Shown: positions 39,160 through 52,230, counted from the first letter of the whole stretch. The stretch: DNA of 62,922 bases, filler included, from Octopus bimaculoides (GCF_001194135.2; 7 parts of 7 records of this genome joined end to end with filler, not necessarily neighbours in it); one strand, 5' to 3'. A program made the numbers and translations. The notes: generated by a model not told the origin, from the sequence alone.

Positions 39160-40165
39160 GAGGGTTAGTGATGGGAAGGGTACCTGACTATAATGCTAGC
39201 ATGGAAAAACAGTTGTTAAAATGTGTGTGTGTGTGTTTCTATATAAATATATATACACATACATATAAACTAGCACTCTGTCACATATAACGATAAGAGT
39301 TCCAGTTGATCTGATCAACGGAAAAGCCTGCATGTGAAATTAACGTGCAAGTGGCTGAGTACTCCAGACATGCATTCTTTTAACATAGTTCTCTGGGAAA
39401 TTCAGCATGACAAGGCTGGTCTTTTGAATAAGTACCTTGCCCAATGATGAAAGGTTCCACCAGGAATTGAACTCATGATCTAACAATCATGAACCGAATA
39501 CCCCAACTACAAAGCCACACACCTTCACATATACATATTTATATGTATATGTGCAATATACATATATGCATAGGCATACATATATGCACATAGATACACA
39601 TATATAAATACATGCACATACACATAAATATACTGCATACACATGCATTCTAACTCAAGAGTAGTTGTCCAGAAGCTGCAACATTTGTACACAGCTAGGC
39701 TTACCTTCTTATGACCTGACCACATATCCTTGGCCTCCCATCCTAATACATGTTGCTCAACCACCATCTCAGATCTCCCAACAAAACTGTCTTCCATACT
39801 GGCATGTGTTGGATGGCTTGACAAGAGGAGCTGGCAAGCCAGAGGACTGCACCAAGCGCCATTGTCTGTGTGTTTGTGTCGCTATAAATAATATGGGTGG
39901 CTGATTCGCAATTTTACAACCTAAAGGCAGAAATACAGACAACACTTAAGTGATAAAGGACACTGGTGCTGGTTAGTGCCCTTATATATATATATATATA
40001 TATATACATACTTTACAGCAGTATAAGTGCCAAGCAGTGCTTAGACATAAGCAAACTTTAGGTTGGTTAAAACATGTTTGTGATATTCTGAATGCAAATT
40101 TATATTGAATTTGCCTTTAGAAGTTGAAATACAGCACAAATATATTTCAAAGAACTGAAAATTCG

Positions 40166-40246
<81 letters not shown>

Positions 40247-41353
40247 AATCTCTCTCTCTATATATATATTGCATTACTCCCATGATCCAATACACAAACT
40301 TTACCATGCTGTGCTTCCAGCTAACAATACCTCTCCTCTGAACCACCTCTGTTACCATCCATCACTCTCACATCGATCTCATCATGCACCTCTACATCTA
40401 TGTATGTATGTGTCCCCACCTATTGCCGATAACACCTTTTACTTTCCAGCCACCTCTACAATTTCCTCTGCATTATTCCTATCATACACTTATTCTTTCC
40501 ACCACTCACCCATTCTGGTCTTTTGAATGTCATTGTTCTTTCTCTACAATGCCCTTCCTTGGTAACCTGTGCAGATGTACATGCCCAGCTTAATTTATTG
40601 CATTCTCTCTTGCAATACCCATTGCAAATACCCATTGCAATACCCTTGCAAAAACCCATTTGTGTTGACATTGTTCTTTAAATTTACATTTTCTGGCTAC
40701 AAGGCACTCCATCTCACTGTTCATGGTTAACGAACGAAGCAGGAAAGTGTAGGCTTCTTAGGTCTTCTCACCAAGGACTACTGAATACCTCTCATGTTGG
40801 TGTCATACGAAAATGCATGCAATACATGATGTAAAGTGGTTAGTGTTTGGAAAGGAATCAAGCTAAATCAAGCAGCATGGAGTCCTTGTGAAACATAGCT
40901 CCCAAACAGAAGTACTTTAGACTGTGACGACCAATACAACACATGCCAGCATGGAAAATGGATACAAAAGTGATCATGATGAAACTATGTATTTATACAT
41001 AAATATACACACCTAAATGTATAAATATATAAGCAAATATATATATCCATACATATATATATATGTACATGCATATTTATACACATATACATACATATAT
41101 ACATACAAATATACATGCGTACATACAAATATATACACACACATGTATAATATATTCAAACTACCCTACTTCCTATTTTCCACTGTTGAGAGGACTCTTC
41201 GGTCTTAAGAGACAAATGAGACCTCCTTAGTGCAGGCACAATGAACAATTACTCAGTGACCTGTAAAGTGGCTGAAATCATGAAGGACATCCAGGCATAG
41301 AAACCATTGGTAAACTTGAACACATGAGCAACATGTGTGTGTGTGTGTACGTA

Positions 41354-41433
<80 letters not shown>

Positions 41434-41743
41434 NNNNNNNNNNNNNNNNNNNNNNNNNNNNNNNNNNNNNNNNNNNNNNNNNNNNNNNNNNNNNNNNNNN
41501 NNNNNNNNNNNNNNNNNNNNNNNNNNNNNNNNNNNNNNNNNNNNNNNNNNNNNNNNNNNNNNNNNNNNNNNNNNNNNNNNNNNNNNNNNNNNNNNNNNNN
41601 NNNNNNNNNNNNNNNNNNNNNNNNNNNNNNNNNNNNNNNNNNNNNNNNNNNNNNNNNNNNNNNNNNNNNNNNNNNNNNNNNNNNNNNNNNNNNNNNNNNN
41701 NNNNNNNNNNNNNNNNNNNNNNNNNNNNNNNNNNNNNNNNNNN

Positions 41744-41796
<53 letters not shown>

Positions 41797-42395
41797 CAAA
41801 CACACATAATATATACATGTATATATGAATGTGTGAGTATATACACGTACATGCATATATATACATGCATATATACACAGTCAGTCACGTATATGTGTGC
41901 ATATATACACATGCATATATATGTAAGCATATTTGAATACATATATACACATGAAGTACAATTATTTCATCTGTTACATGTATATAGATATAACAACGAT
42001 ATGTATTACACACACGTGTATATGTATGCACATCTATTATATATATTCACATTATATACACATACAAATTTTTTGTTAGACATGTACAGTCAGACACACA
42101 CACATTAACACAGAATGCAAAGAGAATTAAATCCATGCACACACTCTATACACCATGTTTACGTATCTATTATATGGATTGGAAGAATCGCTACCACATC
42201 GGAGAATATGAATTGTGGTATTTGTTCTTGTTCTTACACCGAGATTTTTAATTTGCCTTTGATCCCTTCATTATCAAATTAAATGTTAATAATACCAGTG
42301 AAATACTGAAGTCGATGATATGTCAACGATTCTCTACTTTCCTTAAAAAATTTCTGGCCTTGAGCCTGAAAGATAAACAGGTTATATATATATAT

Positions 42396-42438
<43 letters not shown>

Positions 42439-43089
42439 TATATGTGAGAGCGTGTGCATATCATATGTATATACGTCAATTAGATATGAGCACACCCCCA
42501 TTATATATATATATANNNNNNNNNNNNNNNNNNNNNNNNNNNNNNNNNNNNNNNNNNNNNNNNNNNNNNNNNNNNNNNNNNNNNNNNNNNNNNNNNNNNN
42601 NNNNNNNNNNNNNNNNNNNNNNNNNNNNNNNNNNNNNNNNNNNNNNNNNNNNNNNNNNNNNNNNNNNNNNNNNNNNNNNNNNNNNNNNNNNNNNNNNNNN
42701 NNNNNNNNNNNNNNNNNNNNNNNNATATATATATATATATATATATACATGGCAATATACACACACACATTCATTATAGTCATAGGTATGTAGTGATCAG
42801 ACGAATGTAGCATATATATATATTAGAGACACTTAGCTATTTATGATACGAGTACGTGTTCAAAGAAAGAGAAGACTAAGAAACAAAGAGTAATGTTAGC
42901 ATAATAACAAACGTGTAAAATAGAAGAAATATTAGAAACAAGTATAAACCAGGAAAACAACAAATTATAATATAACAAGACATTAAAAAAATAGCAGTTA
43001 AAAGAAAAATAATTTTTTTCAAAACTGAAGAATCATAATTGTAGGATGAAGAAGCTGGTCATGTTGACCTTTAAAATAAATATACGTAC

Positions 43090-43207
43090 CTCCTTGATTT
43101 GATCCATAGGCAATACCGACACCAGTAGAGTTGGAAAGCCACAGAATGGCCGTGTAATGAGCGACTAGAAAGTAAAATAGTCGTCTTTTTTTACTGATGG
43201 CAAGCAT
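43090..43207 (-). CDS. Candidate first coding exon with signal-peptide-like N-terminus (MLAISKKRRLFYFLVAHYTAILWLSNSTGVGIAYGSNQG), phase-1 donor
   Basis: ATG at 43207 and donor GAG|GTACGT at 43090/43089. Basic n-region, hydrophobic h-region and small-residue c-region, in unique sequence. No downstream exon identified. Confidence 0.45.
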
Positions 43208-44636
43208 CGTCACTTACTTTGGCTCCAGTGGGGTTAAAAATATGGTCATATGCATATACATACATATATATACATATGTATATATATGTATATATATATA
43301 TATAGTGTGTGTGCGCGCGCGTACGTGTGTGTGCACGCGCGTACGTGTGTGTGTGTGTGTGTGTGGTAGTAGTATTAATTACAACGATGATTATGATGGT
43401 GATTATTCGTTTTTTGTGTAAGATCAAACAATAATAATTAATAAACGGTCACGTATAATAACCGTGTATGTAGAAAATGTACGTAATATATGGCTGTGGT
43501 GTTAATTTTGTTTCACAATAACAATGAAGGTAGTCCCTTTGGCTTGGTTGTGTTGTAGTAATTTGGTTGATTCTGACTGACGATGGAGGTCAAATTAGTT
43601 TGAGCTGCTGTTGCAGTAAAACAGTTGTTATTGCTGTTGTTGTTATTAGCCCAACTTTGGTTGATAGCAACAAAATGTTTTGTTGTTTTTCTTCTCACTA
43701 CATGGCTGTTATTATTATTAGTCGTCCTGTTATGCAGCATCATAGGAAGCACACTCATCATGGTTGTCTCTTCATGTGAACAGATAAATTATAAATATCC
43801 CTACTATATATATATNNNNNNNNNNATGTATATATGTATGTGTGAGTGTGGCTTTCGCAGGATAACTCTCACTCAATCACTCACTCACTCACAGCCTGCC
43901 TGCTAGGCTGAGTGAGCGCGGATTTGACTGCCACAAAAGCAATTCACATAGGAACATTTTTTTTTTTTCGTAAACAACGTAATCAGGCGATACTGATGAT
44001 GATAACTAAGTTTTCTAAATAATTATCATCTTATTTCCCCCATCGGAAGGCTTTGGAAATGGTGAGATTTTCGTCAATTGTAAGCAGACACGTCCATAAT
44101 ACACATAAGCGAGATACAGAAGAAGGAAAGAGGCATAGTTTAAGATGATAGCGTTGCTTTGGGGACAGGGAACCTTAACATGGTTAGCGTTAAGCAGTGG
44201 GGAAAGCATGTGATAGTAGTAGTCGGAGGGAGACGGAGAAGATTAAAGCATGAGAGTGAGATAGAGAGATAGATAGAATAATAAACAGATAAATAAAAAG
44301 AGAGAGAGAGTGTGAGTGTATGTGGGGGGGAGAGAAAGATATAGATATAACATTGATTGACAAACAGATAGAGAGGGAGAGAGTAATACCAATAAAAAAC
44401 GTTGTTTTAAGTTAGATATAGATAATTTTTAAAATATTTTTATTCAGGTACACATGCATACATATACACAAACGTTTATATATATTTAAAGAAGTCCTAC
44501 TGTATGACAGCATTTGGTAGCCGACTCCTGTAGAGCAGCTTTGGAAAGCACGCTATAAGGTTATTATTACCCAGTTAATATAGAATATAATCTATGTATA
44601 TATAATCAAAATTAAACAGAAATAATTATAAAGTGG

Positions 44637-44680
<44 letters not shown>

Positions 44681-45042
44681 TCATACACAAATTTATAGAG
44701 ATCGATATATATATTCAGAGAGAGAATTATATGTATGTATGCATATTTTTTATTAACCACCTCTTATCCCCCCCCCCACCAAAACCAAAACAAAACAATT
44801 TGCTAAACAAACAAAATAAATAAAATAAAATATACAAAAAAAGAAAACCAACAAACAAACGTTGATTCAGAGCAAAAGTTGCAGCTTAACGAAAACAAAA
44901 CGTGAAAAGGGGGAGGAGCTGGAAGCACGTAAGACACGAGAAGGCAGATGACTGACAGAAAGTCACACATTTTGTGTGTAATATTAATATCACACATACA
45001 GACCTATACACACAAACAAACACACACACACGCACGCACGCG

Positions 45043-45073
<31 letters not shown>

Positions 45074-45419
45074 ACACACACACACACACACATATATATG
45101 AGAGAGAGAGAGAGAGAATGGATATATGTGTGTGTGTGTGTAGGAAGGTGATGAGCAACAGACATTCGTGAAACAGTAATCACAGCTTTAAAATAAGTTT
45201 ATTTCATTTCTCCAAAATACACGCGCGCACACGCACGCACACACACACGACAGATGTTTATGCATATGTGTGCGCGCGCGTTTGCTTGTATGTATGTGTG
45301 TGTGTGCCAGTGTTACTATCAGATTTATTCACTCACTACGCTATCAACCATTCATAGAGCAGTCATATTTTCTTGACAACTGTTATTACGTCTCCATAAC
45401 TGAGTCTGTGCTATGTACA

Positions 45420-45459
<40 letters not shown>

Positions 45460-46382
45460 CACACACAAACACACACACATCGTTGTTTATTTAGAAATAT
45501 CTTAACGTGTACCTTATATATAAATATATCAGTAACACAGTTAATATTTCGTAGTATTTTTGATATTTCGTGAGCGATCGTTCGTTTTAAAATCTTAAAA
45601 TATTGCATGTGTTAATTAACACACATGATAGGAAGCGATTTTCATTACAGTAGTAAATGTTTTAATTCAGAAAAAATCAACAACCAAATCCATAAAAATT
45701 CACACGAATCTGCATTCCTATGCATCAAGGGATAAGCAATATATACTACTACACGTTATATATATATATACTACTAGAAAAACACGTAATGTGGGTGCGT
45801 GAAGGGATAGGCTTTATTTGTATTCATAACAGTATAACGTCCGATTTAAATGCGTTTCAGTACATATATTTAAGATTCGTCACGCTGTATATTTAAGTTC
45901 AAATCTCACTCACATTAACTTTGTCCTATTTTATTTTCTATTTATTTATCGTTCATGCTTTCGTAAAGCCCTAAGAATGAGTACAAGCGCTTGTGTGTAG
46001 TAGTGTGTGAATTCATTGATTCGGTGTGGTAATATCCAATTCATTATAAACATGAGCGCGCGCGCGAACACTCACCAACAGCTATCTAAAAGTAAATAGA
46101 CATCCCTCATTACATCGTCTGTTTGCGAATAGGCTACCCAGTAGTACTGCACCCGAACAGGTAACATTATTAAAAACGGCTAAACATAGAACTACTACAT
46201 GCTAGATTAAGTATTTAAAAGCATCAAATGATACGATTGTTTCTAGAAATAAATCTTTCAAAAATAATGGTGTCTATTTACTTGTAGGTGTGTGTGTGTG
46301 TGTACCATACATACACCTAGAAAACAGGATGGAGCTCCAACATGACTACAGCATATATATATATATATATATATATACAAAC

Positions 46383-46429
<47 letters not shown>

Positions 46430-46529
46430 NNNNNNNNNNNNNNNNNNNNNNNNNNNNNNNNNNNNNNNNNNNNTTAATTAATTAANNNNNNNNNNNNNNN
46501 NNNNNNNNNNNNNNNNNNNNNNNNNNNNN

Positions 46530-46570
<41 letters not shown>

Positions 46571-47041
46571 GTTGGGGGTGTATGTGTAAGTACACATGTT
46601 TATAAATAAGGTTTTATTTACCTATGTATAAATTCATATGATTTTTTTGTTGACCTCTGTGCATCTATGTTTATTCCTCTATGTGCGTGAGCATGTACAG
46701 TGGAATACACATATATAGTTAGATATTGGTTTTTCTGAGTATGCGCGACACACAATCGTTACTTAGGCGTACGTATACGTTTATGAGTGTTTCCAGGCAT
46801 GTGCATATCCATGGGCATGCGTGTAATTTGTTTGCATATGGCGGAAATGCACTTCTATCCATAGGTATTTGCGTACGTAAGTATAAGTAAACGTGAATCA
46901 TGATGCCTTATGCGAATACTTGTTTGTGTGCATTCATGGGTTTAAAGGTCAAATAAGAACAGATAGACAGGCATACATTACAGTATGTATGTATGTATGT
47001 ATGTATGTATGTATGTATGTATGTATGTATGTATGTATGTA

Positions 47042-47110
<69 letters not shown>

Positions 47111-47450
47111 NNNNNNNNNNNNNNNNNNNNNNNNNNNNNNNNNNNNNNNNNNNNNNNNNNNNNNNNNNNNNNNNNNNNNNNNNNNNNNNNNNNNNNNNNN
47201 NNNNNNNNNNNNNNNNNNNNNNNNNNNNNNNNNNNNNNNNNNNNNNNNNNNNNNNNNNNNNNNNNNNNNNNNNNNNNNNNNNNNNNNNNNNNNNNNNNNN
47301 NNNNNNNNNNNNNNNNNNNNNNNNNNNNNNNNNNNNNNNNNNNNNNNNNNNNNNNNNNNNTATATATATATATATATATATACATGAACAAATGTAGACA
47401 CATTCAAGCAGAATCATACATAGACATGAACACATATAGATATATAAGCA

Positions 47451-47495
<45 letters not shown>

Positions 47496-47609
47496 TCACA
47501 TTTATACATACATTGGTTAAATTCACATTCGTATACGTACACCCGTATATATACGCACGTTAAACTCACATATACACAATAAACCAATATAGGTGCAGAC
47601 ACGGAATCA

Positions 47610-48133
47610 CTCTCCCTATTTCCCCTCAAATTACGTCAAGCACGCCTACATCATGTGTCTGGAGGAGGTAGTGTGTCCTGGGTCAAGCGGGTGGCTGCTG
47701 GAAGACCCTATGTCTGGCAACAGAACTCTGCACCATGCCACACAAGCAGGAGCCCCCAGTCATGGCTGTCAGACAATTTCTGAAACCACATAAGCCCTAA
47801 CATCTAGCCACCTAACTCTCCAAACTGCAACACACTATTATTTTGTTTGGGGTTCAGTTAGCGAGAGACCAACAAATCTCCTTGTAACACCAAAGATGAA
47901 CTGAAGGCAAGGATTACGGCAGAATTCACCAACTTAAACAAGGAGACTGTCCAGAAGAGTTGCAGGAGATTCCGAAGTCGTCTGGAGGCCGTGGCTGAAG
48001 CCAATGGCGATCTTATTGAATAAATTTACTTTTTAGTAGTTCAATATATTTTAATGTAATTCTCGTAAATATATCTGTTAGTGTTATTTTCATTTTTGCG
48101 TAATTTAGACGACAATTTATTCACCGCAGCCTG
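47610..48133 (+). mobile_element. maT-like (DD37D) transposon 3' half with TIR, same family as 32191-33236
   Basis: 'WVKRVAAGRPYVWQQNSAPCHTSR..SWLSDNF*NHISPNI*PPNSPNCN..YFVWG..RETNKSPCNTKDELKARI..FRSRLEAVAEANGDLIE*'. TIR gacaatttattcaccgcagcctg followed by TA at 48111-48135. Confidence 0.9.
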
Positions 48134-48398
48134 TATATATTTGAATAGTTCGATTCTAATTTAAACACTACGAGAAGTAAAGAGCATTTAGAAATATGTG
48201 TATTCCTGTACATCTATGTGGAAACTGTGAGATCTTGCATTATAGTCCCAGTTTCATTCGGTTACATACTATTGCTTTCTGTCTTTCTCTCACTCTGACA
48301 TACCCACACATCCGACGCATACGTATTTATTTGGGCTATAAAGACGTGCGTGTACGTGTGTGTTTGTGTGTGTATACTTACACACACACACACATATA

Positions 48399-49831
48399 AA
48401 CTGAACCACAAAAGAAACGTCGCACACATACTCAATAGAAACCGATTTATTAACAAACTGCCATAGCATTAAGAAACCGTTCTTTCTTAATGATAAAACA
48501 TCATTTCCTGAAACAGGTGTGACCACCATTAGTGTTGATTACCACCAGGCGTCTTCTCTACATTGAATGCACCAAACGATTGATGAAGACGATGCGGATA
48601 GCAGCCCACACTCTATGAAAACTTTCAGTGAGTTATGCTAAGTTGTCATTTAGCCTTCTTTGGATTGCGTCCCACAGGTGCCCTATGGTGTTCAAGTCCG
48701 GACTTAGGACAGGTCATGGCAGTGTCTGGATGTTGTGCTGTTGGAGGATGTCTGTTGTCAATCTGGCAGTATAGAAACGGGCGTTGTCGTGTTGGAACAC
48801 GTGATTCCGATAACGGGTAAAGTATGACACAAACCTGAGGCCTCAACACTTGGTCGATGTAGCGTGTGGTGGTTGCTGCATTGCTTTGGCCTTGGCCAAT
48901 GTCTTGAAAGACAACCGATCCAAGTTTCTGGTTGAGTGCAATTCCGCTCCATACCATGATGCTTTGTCCTCCCAATGAGTCTCTCTCCATCACACAACTA
49001 TCGGCATAGCGTTCACCCACTTCTTCTCCAAACTCTAGCTTTGCCATCTGCCACAGAAATGCAATATTGGCTTTCGTCAGAGAAGACTGCAGTACTCCAC
49101 TGCTGATATCGCCAGTTCTGAGGTTTTGGAGCCTACTACAGACGTGCCCGTCGATGAGGATCTGTGAAGATGGGGTCCCTAGCCGAACGTTGTCAAGACA
49201 GATTGAAAAATCTTAACCGCCGGAGAACTGTCTCTGCATGAAATGGTCTGTGGTGAGTCCCTATGCAGTGTCTAGCTGATTCTGTTGCCCTCCGAAATCG
49301 GTGGTGCAAGTACTGCTGGTGCGGGTGGCGATCTTGACGTGCTGTTGTAGCCCTCGCTCAGTCACTGCGTGGACGATCATCCGTGCTGTTTGTGTCATCA
49401 TATCATTCCCTCAACAGCTGAATCATCCGAATACCGCAGCTCAAGTCATTAGCAACGACTCATGGACGTTGACCAGCGTGCAGACGTCCGATGGCTTGCT
49501 TCCTCCGATTTCGTTTCAGCCTTGCCATGCTTGCTGCGTGCATGAAACAAATGACAGGCTGGTATATTTGGGTGCCTTTTATACCCATTGAGTCAACGTT
49601 TTGCTTGTGCATCATGCATTTCATAAAGATGTATTCGTGAGTATTATCATGTTCTCGAAGAGTGAGCAATTTCGAATCCTACATGAAATCCTACTGTTTC
49701 CAAAAGAGAGTGGTGTTATGGGTCAGTGACATGTTCCTGATGTCAAATTACCTAGTAATGTGATAACATGCATATAATCTCAGTATCGTGTGTGAAACAA
49801 TCTTTTACTGTGCGTTGTTTCTTTTGTAGTT

Positions 49832-49836
<5 letters not shown>
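48399..49836 (-). mobile_element. Near full-length, decayed Tc1-like (DD34E) transposon with both TIRs
   Basis: Transposase 'MARLKRNRRKQAIGRLHAGQ', 'AVFSDESQYC', 'GERYADSC', 'SIMVWSGI', 'QHDNARFYTARLT..SPDLNTIGHLWD' (34 residues between the second D and the E position, E mutated to G). TIRs (c/t)tgaac(c/t)acaaaagaaac..cgcac at about 48399-48427 and 49810-49836, flanked by TA repeats. Confidence 0.92.
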
Positions 49837-49880
<44 letters not shown>

Positions 49881-49948
49881 TTTTACGTTTTTGGATTTGG
49901 TTTTAGGAAAATAAAAATAAGAAATAAGTGGAAATTTTACCGGTGCGC

Positions 49949-50925
49949 AACTAGTACTTAATTTATCGACCCCGAAAGGATGAAAGGCAATGTCGACCTC
50001 GGCAGAATTTGAACTCAGAACGTAACAGCAGACGAAATATCGCTAAGCATTCGCCTGGCATGCTAATGTTTCTGCCAGCTCGCCGCCTTAAGGTGTGCTT
50101 ATTCTGTGAGTAAAATAATAATTTTAAAAAATAGGATAGTTAACTCTGTTGATAGAAATCGTCATTTCTTTATGGCTTGTGACTTTTAACGCGAGGTGGA
50201 TTACAGCAGGATAAAAGCGGCGAGCAGTCAGAAACGCTAGCATGCCTTGCGAAATGCTTCGCCTATTTCGTCCATCTTCGTGTTCTGAGTTCAAATTCCA
50301 TCAAGGTCTACTTTACCTTTCACCCTTTCGTGGTCGATAAATTAAGTACCAGTTGCGTACTGGGGTCGATCTAATCGACTGGCCCCCTCTCCCCAAATTT
50401 CGGGCCTTGTGCCTGGAGTAGAAAAGGTTTACGGCTGGTATGCCAGATAACTCTGGATGATGGTTACTAGCAACTGTTCTATCTTTTATCTTTCACTTGC
50501 TTCAGTCATTAGACTGCGGCCATGCTGGGGCAGTGCCATGAAGAAATTTTAGTGCCTGAATCGATCCCAGGGCTTATTTTTTGTTAAGCCTGGTACTTAT
50601 TCTATCGGGATATCCTTCGCCGAACCGCTTAGTTACGGGAACGTAAACATACCGACACTGGTTGTCAAGCGATACTGGGTGACAAACACAGACACAAAGG
50701 CGCACGCACGCACATACACACAGACCCCCTACGCACACATATAAAGACCCCCTCACACACACACACATATACGACGAGCTTCTTTCAGTTTCTGTCCACC
50801 AAATCTTCTCACAAGACTTTGGTTGGCCCGAGGCTTTAGTAGAAGACACCTGCCCGAGATGCCACGCAGTGGAATTGAACACGGAACCACGTGGTTGGGA
50901 AGCAAGCTTCTTACTACACCCCGGC
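49949..50925. mobile_element. SINE cluster: family B minus (49949-50090), family B plus (50214-50427), family A minus (50481-50925)
   Basis: Family motifs as above. CpG dinucleotides are well preserved in these copies. Confidence 0.88.
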
Positions 50926-51599
50926 TGTTGTTGAGGAAGAATGTGGAACTAAGGTAGCGCATGAGGACTAATGGTGACTGACAGCAAATGATGTTTGTTG
51001 TGAGGAAGTAACGTTAGATGAAGGAGAGTAAAGCCAAATGTGGTTGGATGATGGCCAGTAATAACATCTCATCTTAGTTGAGTCTTGACCGTGAACTGTG
51101 AGCCATTTTAATTGAGAAGATTCAGAAAAAAGGAGATTAATTGAAAAAAGAGAGCGTTCTTTGAGAGCTATGGTGGATAGAAAAAAAACCCCGGATAACT
51201 AAAGCATTTATGAGAAATGATTTCCTTGACAGTTGATAATGTAAGTTAACGTTAGATTTTTTCTGCTTTTTTTTTTGCGTGTGACGTCGGTTGACCATAA
51301 CTCGGTAACGTCGTTGTTAACATCTTTGCTTACAGTAGATGTTAATTGAATATATCTAACGTAGAGTGATGTGAGATTTAACGGAAAATGACCGTGGTTA
51401 GTGAAGGGCCCGCATTTTAGGCAAATGTTGCACAGCTGCCATAGCAATACATCAGATTTGCAATTACGCTATATGAGAGCTAACGATGAGTAAGTAATGT
51501 CGTACGCAACATAGTATATCGATTAGTGTTGTTGCTTTTGTTGCTTTTAATTATAGTCCCAAGTTAGCTCTCATCGAACAGAACTTTGATGCAAAGCAT

Positions 51600-52230
51600 T
51601 TTTGCTTTGATGATCGTGACTTATAAGAGTACCACATCCATTGTGTATTTTCCTTATTTCAAACAGCAGAGAGTACATTGAGGGAAACATGGTTACAATT
51701 TCTAGCAGCTGGATTAACCATATACAAAATCGTGGTTGAGTAATGGTGTTGATTTCGTTTCTTAGCTCGCAAGTGCTGATCGAGTAGATGTATAAATACG
51801 GACATTCTAACCGCGACTACGCCATTGCTTTTTCCTATATGATGGGAGCACCAGTGTATATCATTCAATATGTCTTTTTCTAAGGAGTTGGAGTGGAGTA
51901 TGTATTTGATAGAAATGTGGCTGTTCTTCCTAATAGAGCGATCGACCACAGAGGTGACCTTACCCTGGCAGGTCAAAACGATGGCGGAAGATAAGAGACA
52001 GGAATTTCATGAACAATATGATATCACGCATAAGAACAATCGGCATTGAAGGAAGAAAGCGCGAATCAATCAGTACTTTTGTGAGTGGATTACGGTAGGT
52101 TTGGAGAGTGCATGTGAAGTGGGAATGTGACTGGCAAATGTAGCAATATTGATTAGTATTGGAGTATGTTTTACCACATGTATAGAAATTGATATCCATA
52201 GCAAAGAGAATGTTGTATGTATTTAAACAT
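51600..52230 (-). mobile_element. Possible highly degenerate LINE 5' region (Cys/His PHD-like cluster followed by APE-like start)
   Basis: Minus-strand 'CGKTYSNTNQYCYICQSHSHFTC', then 'RSIRKN...DIL' and 'GKSNGVVAV' (like GGGVA). Weak similarity only. Confidence 0.3.
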
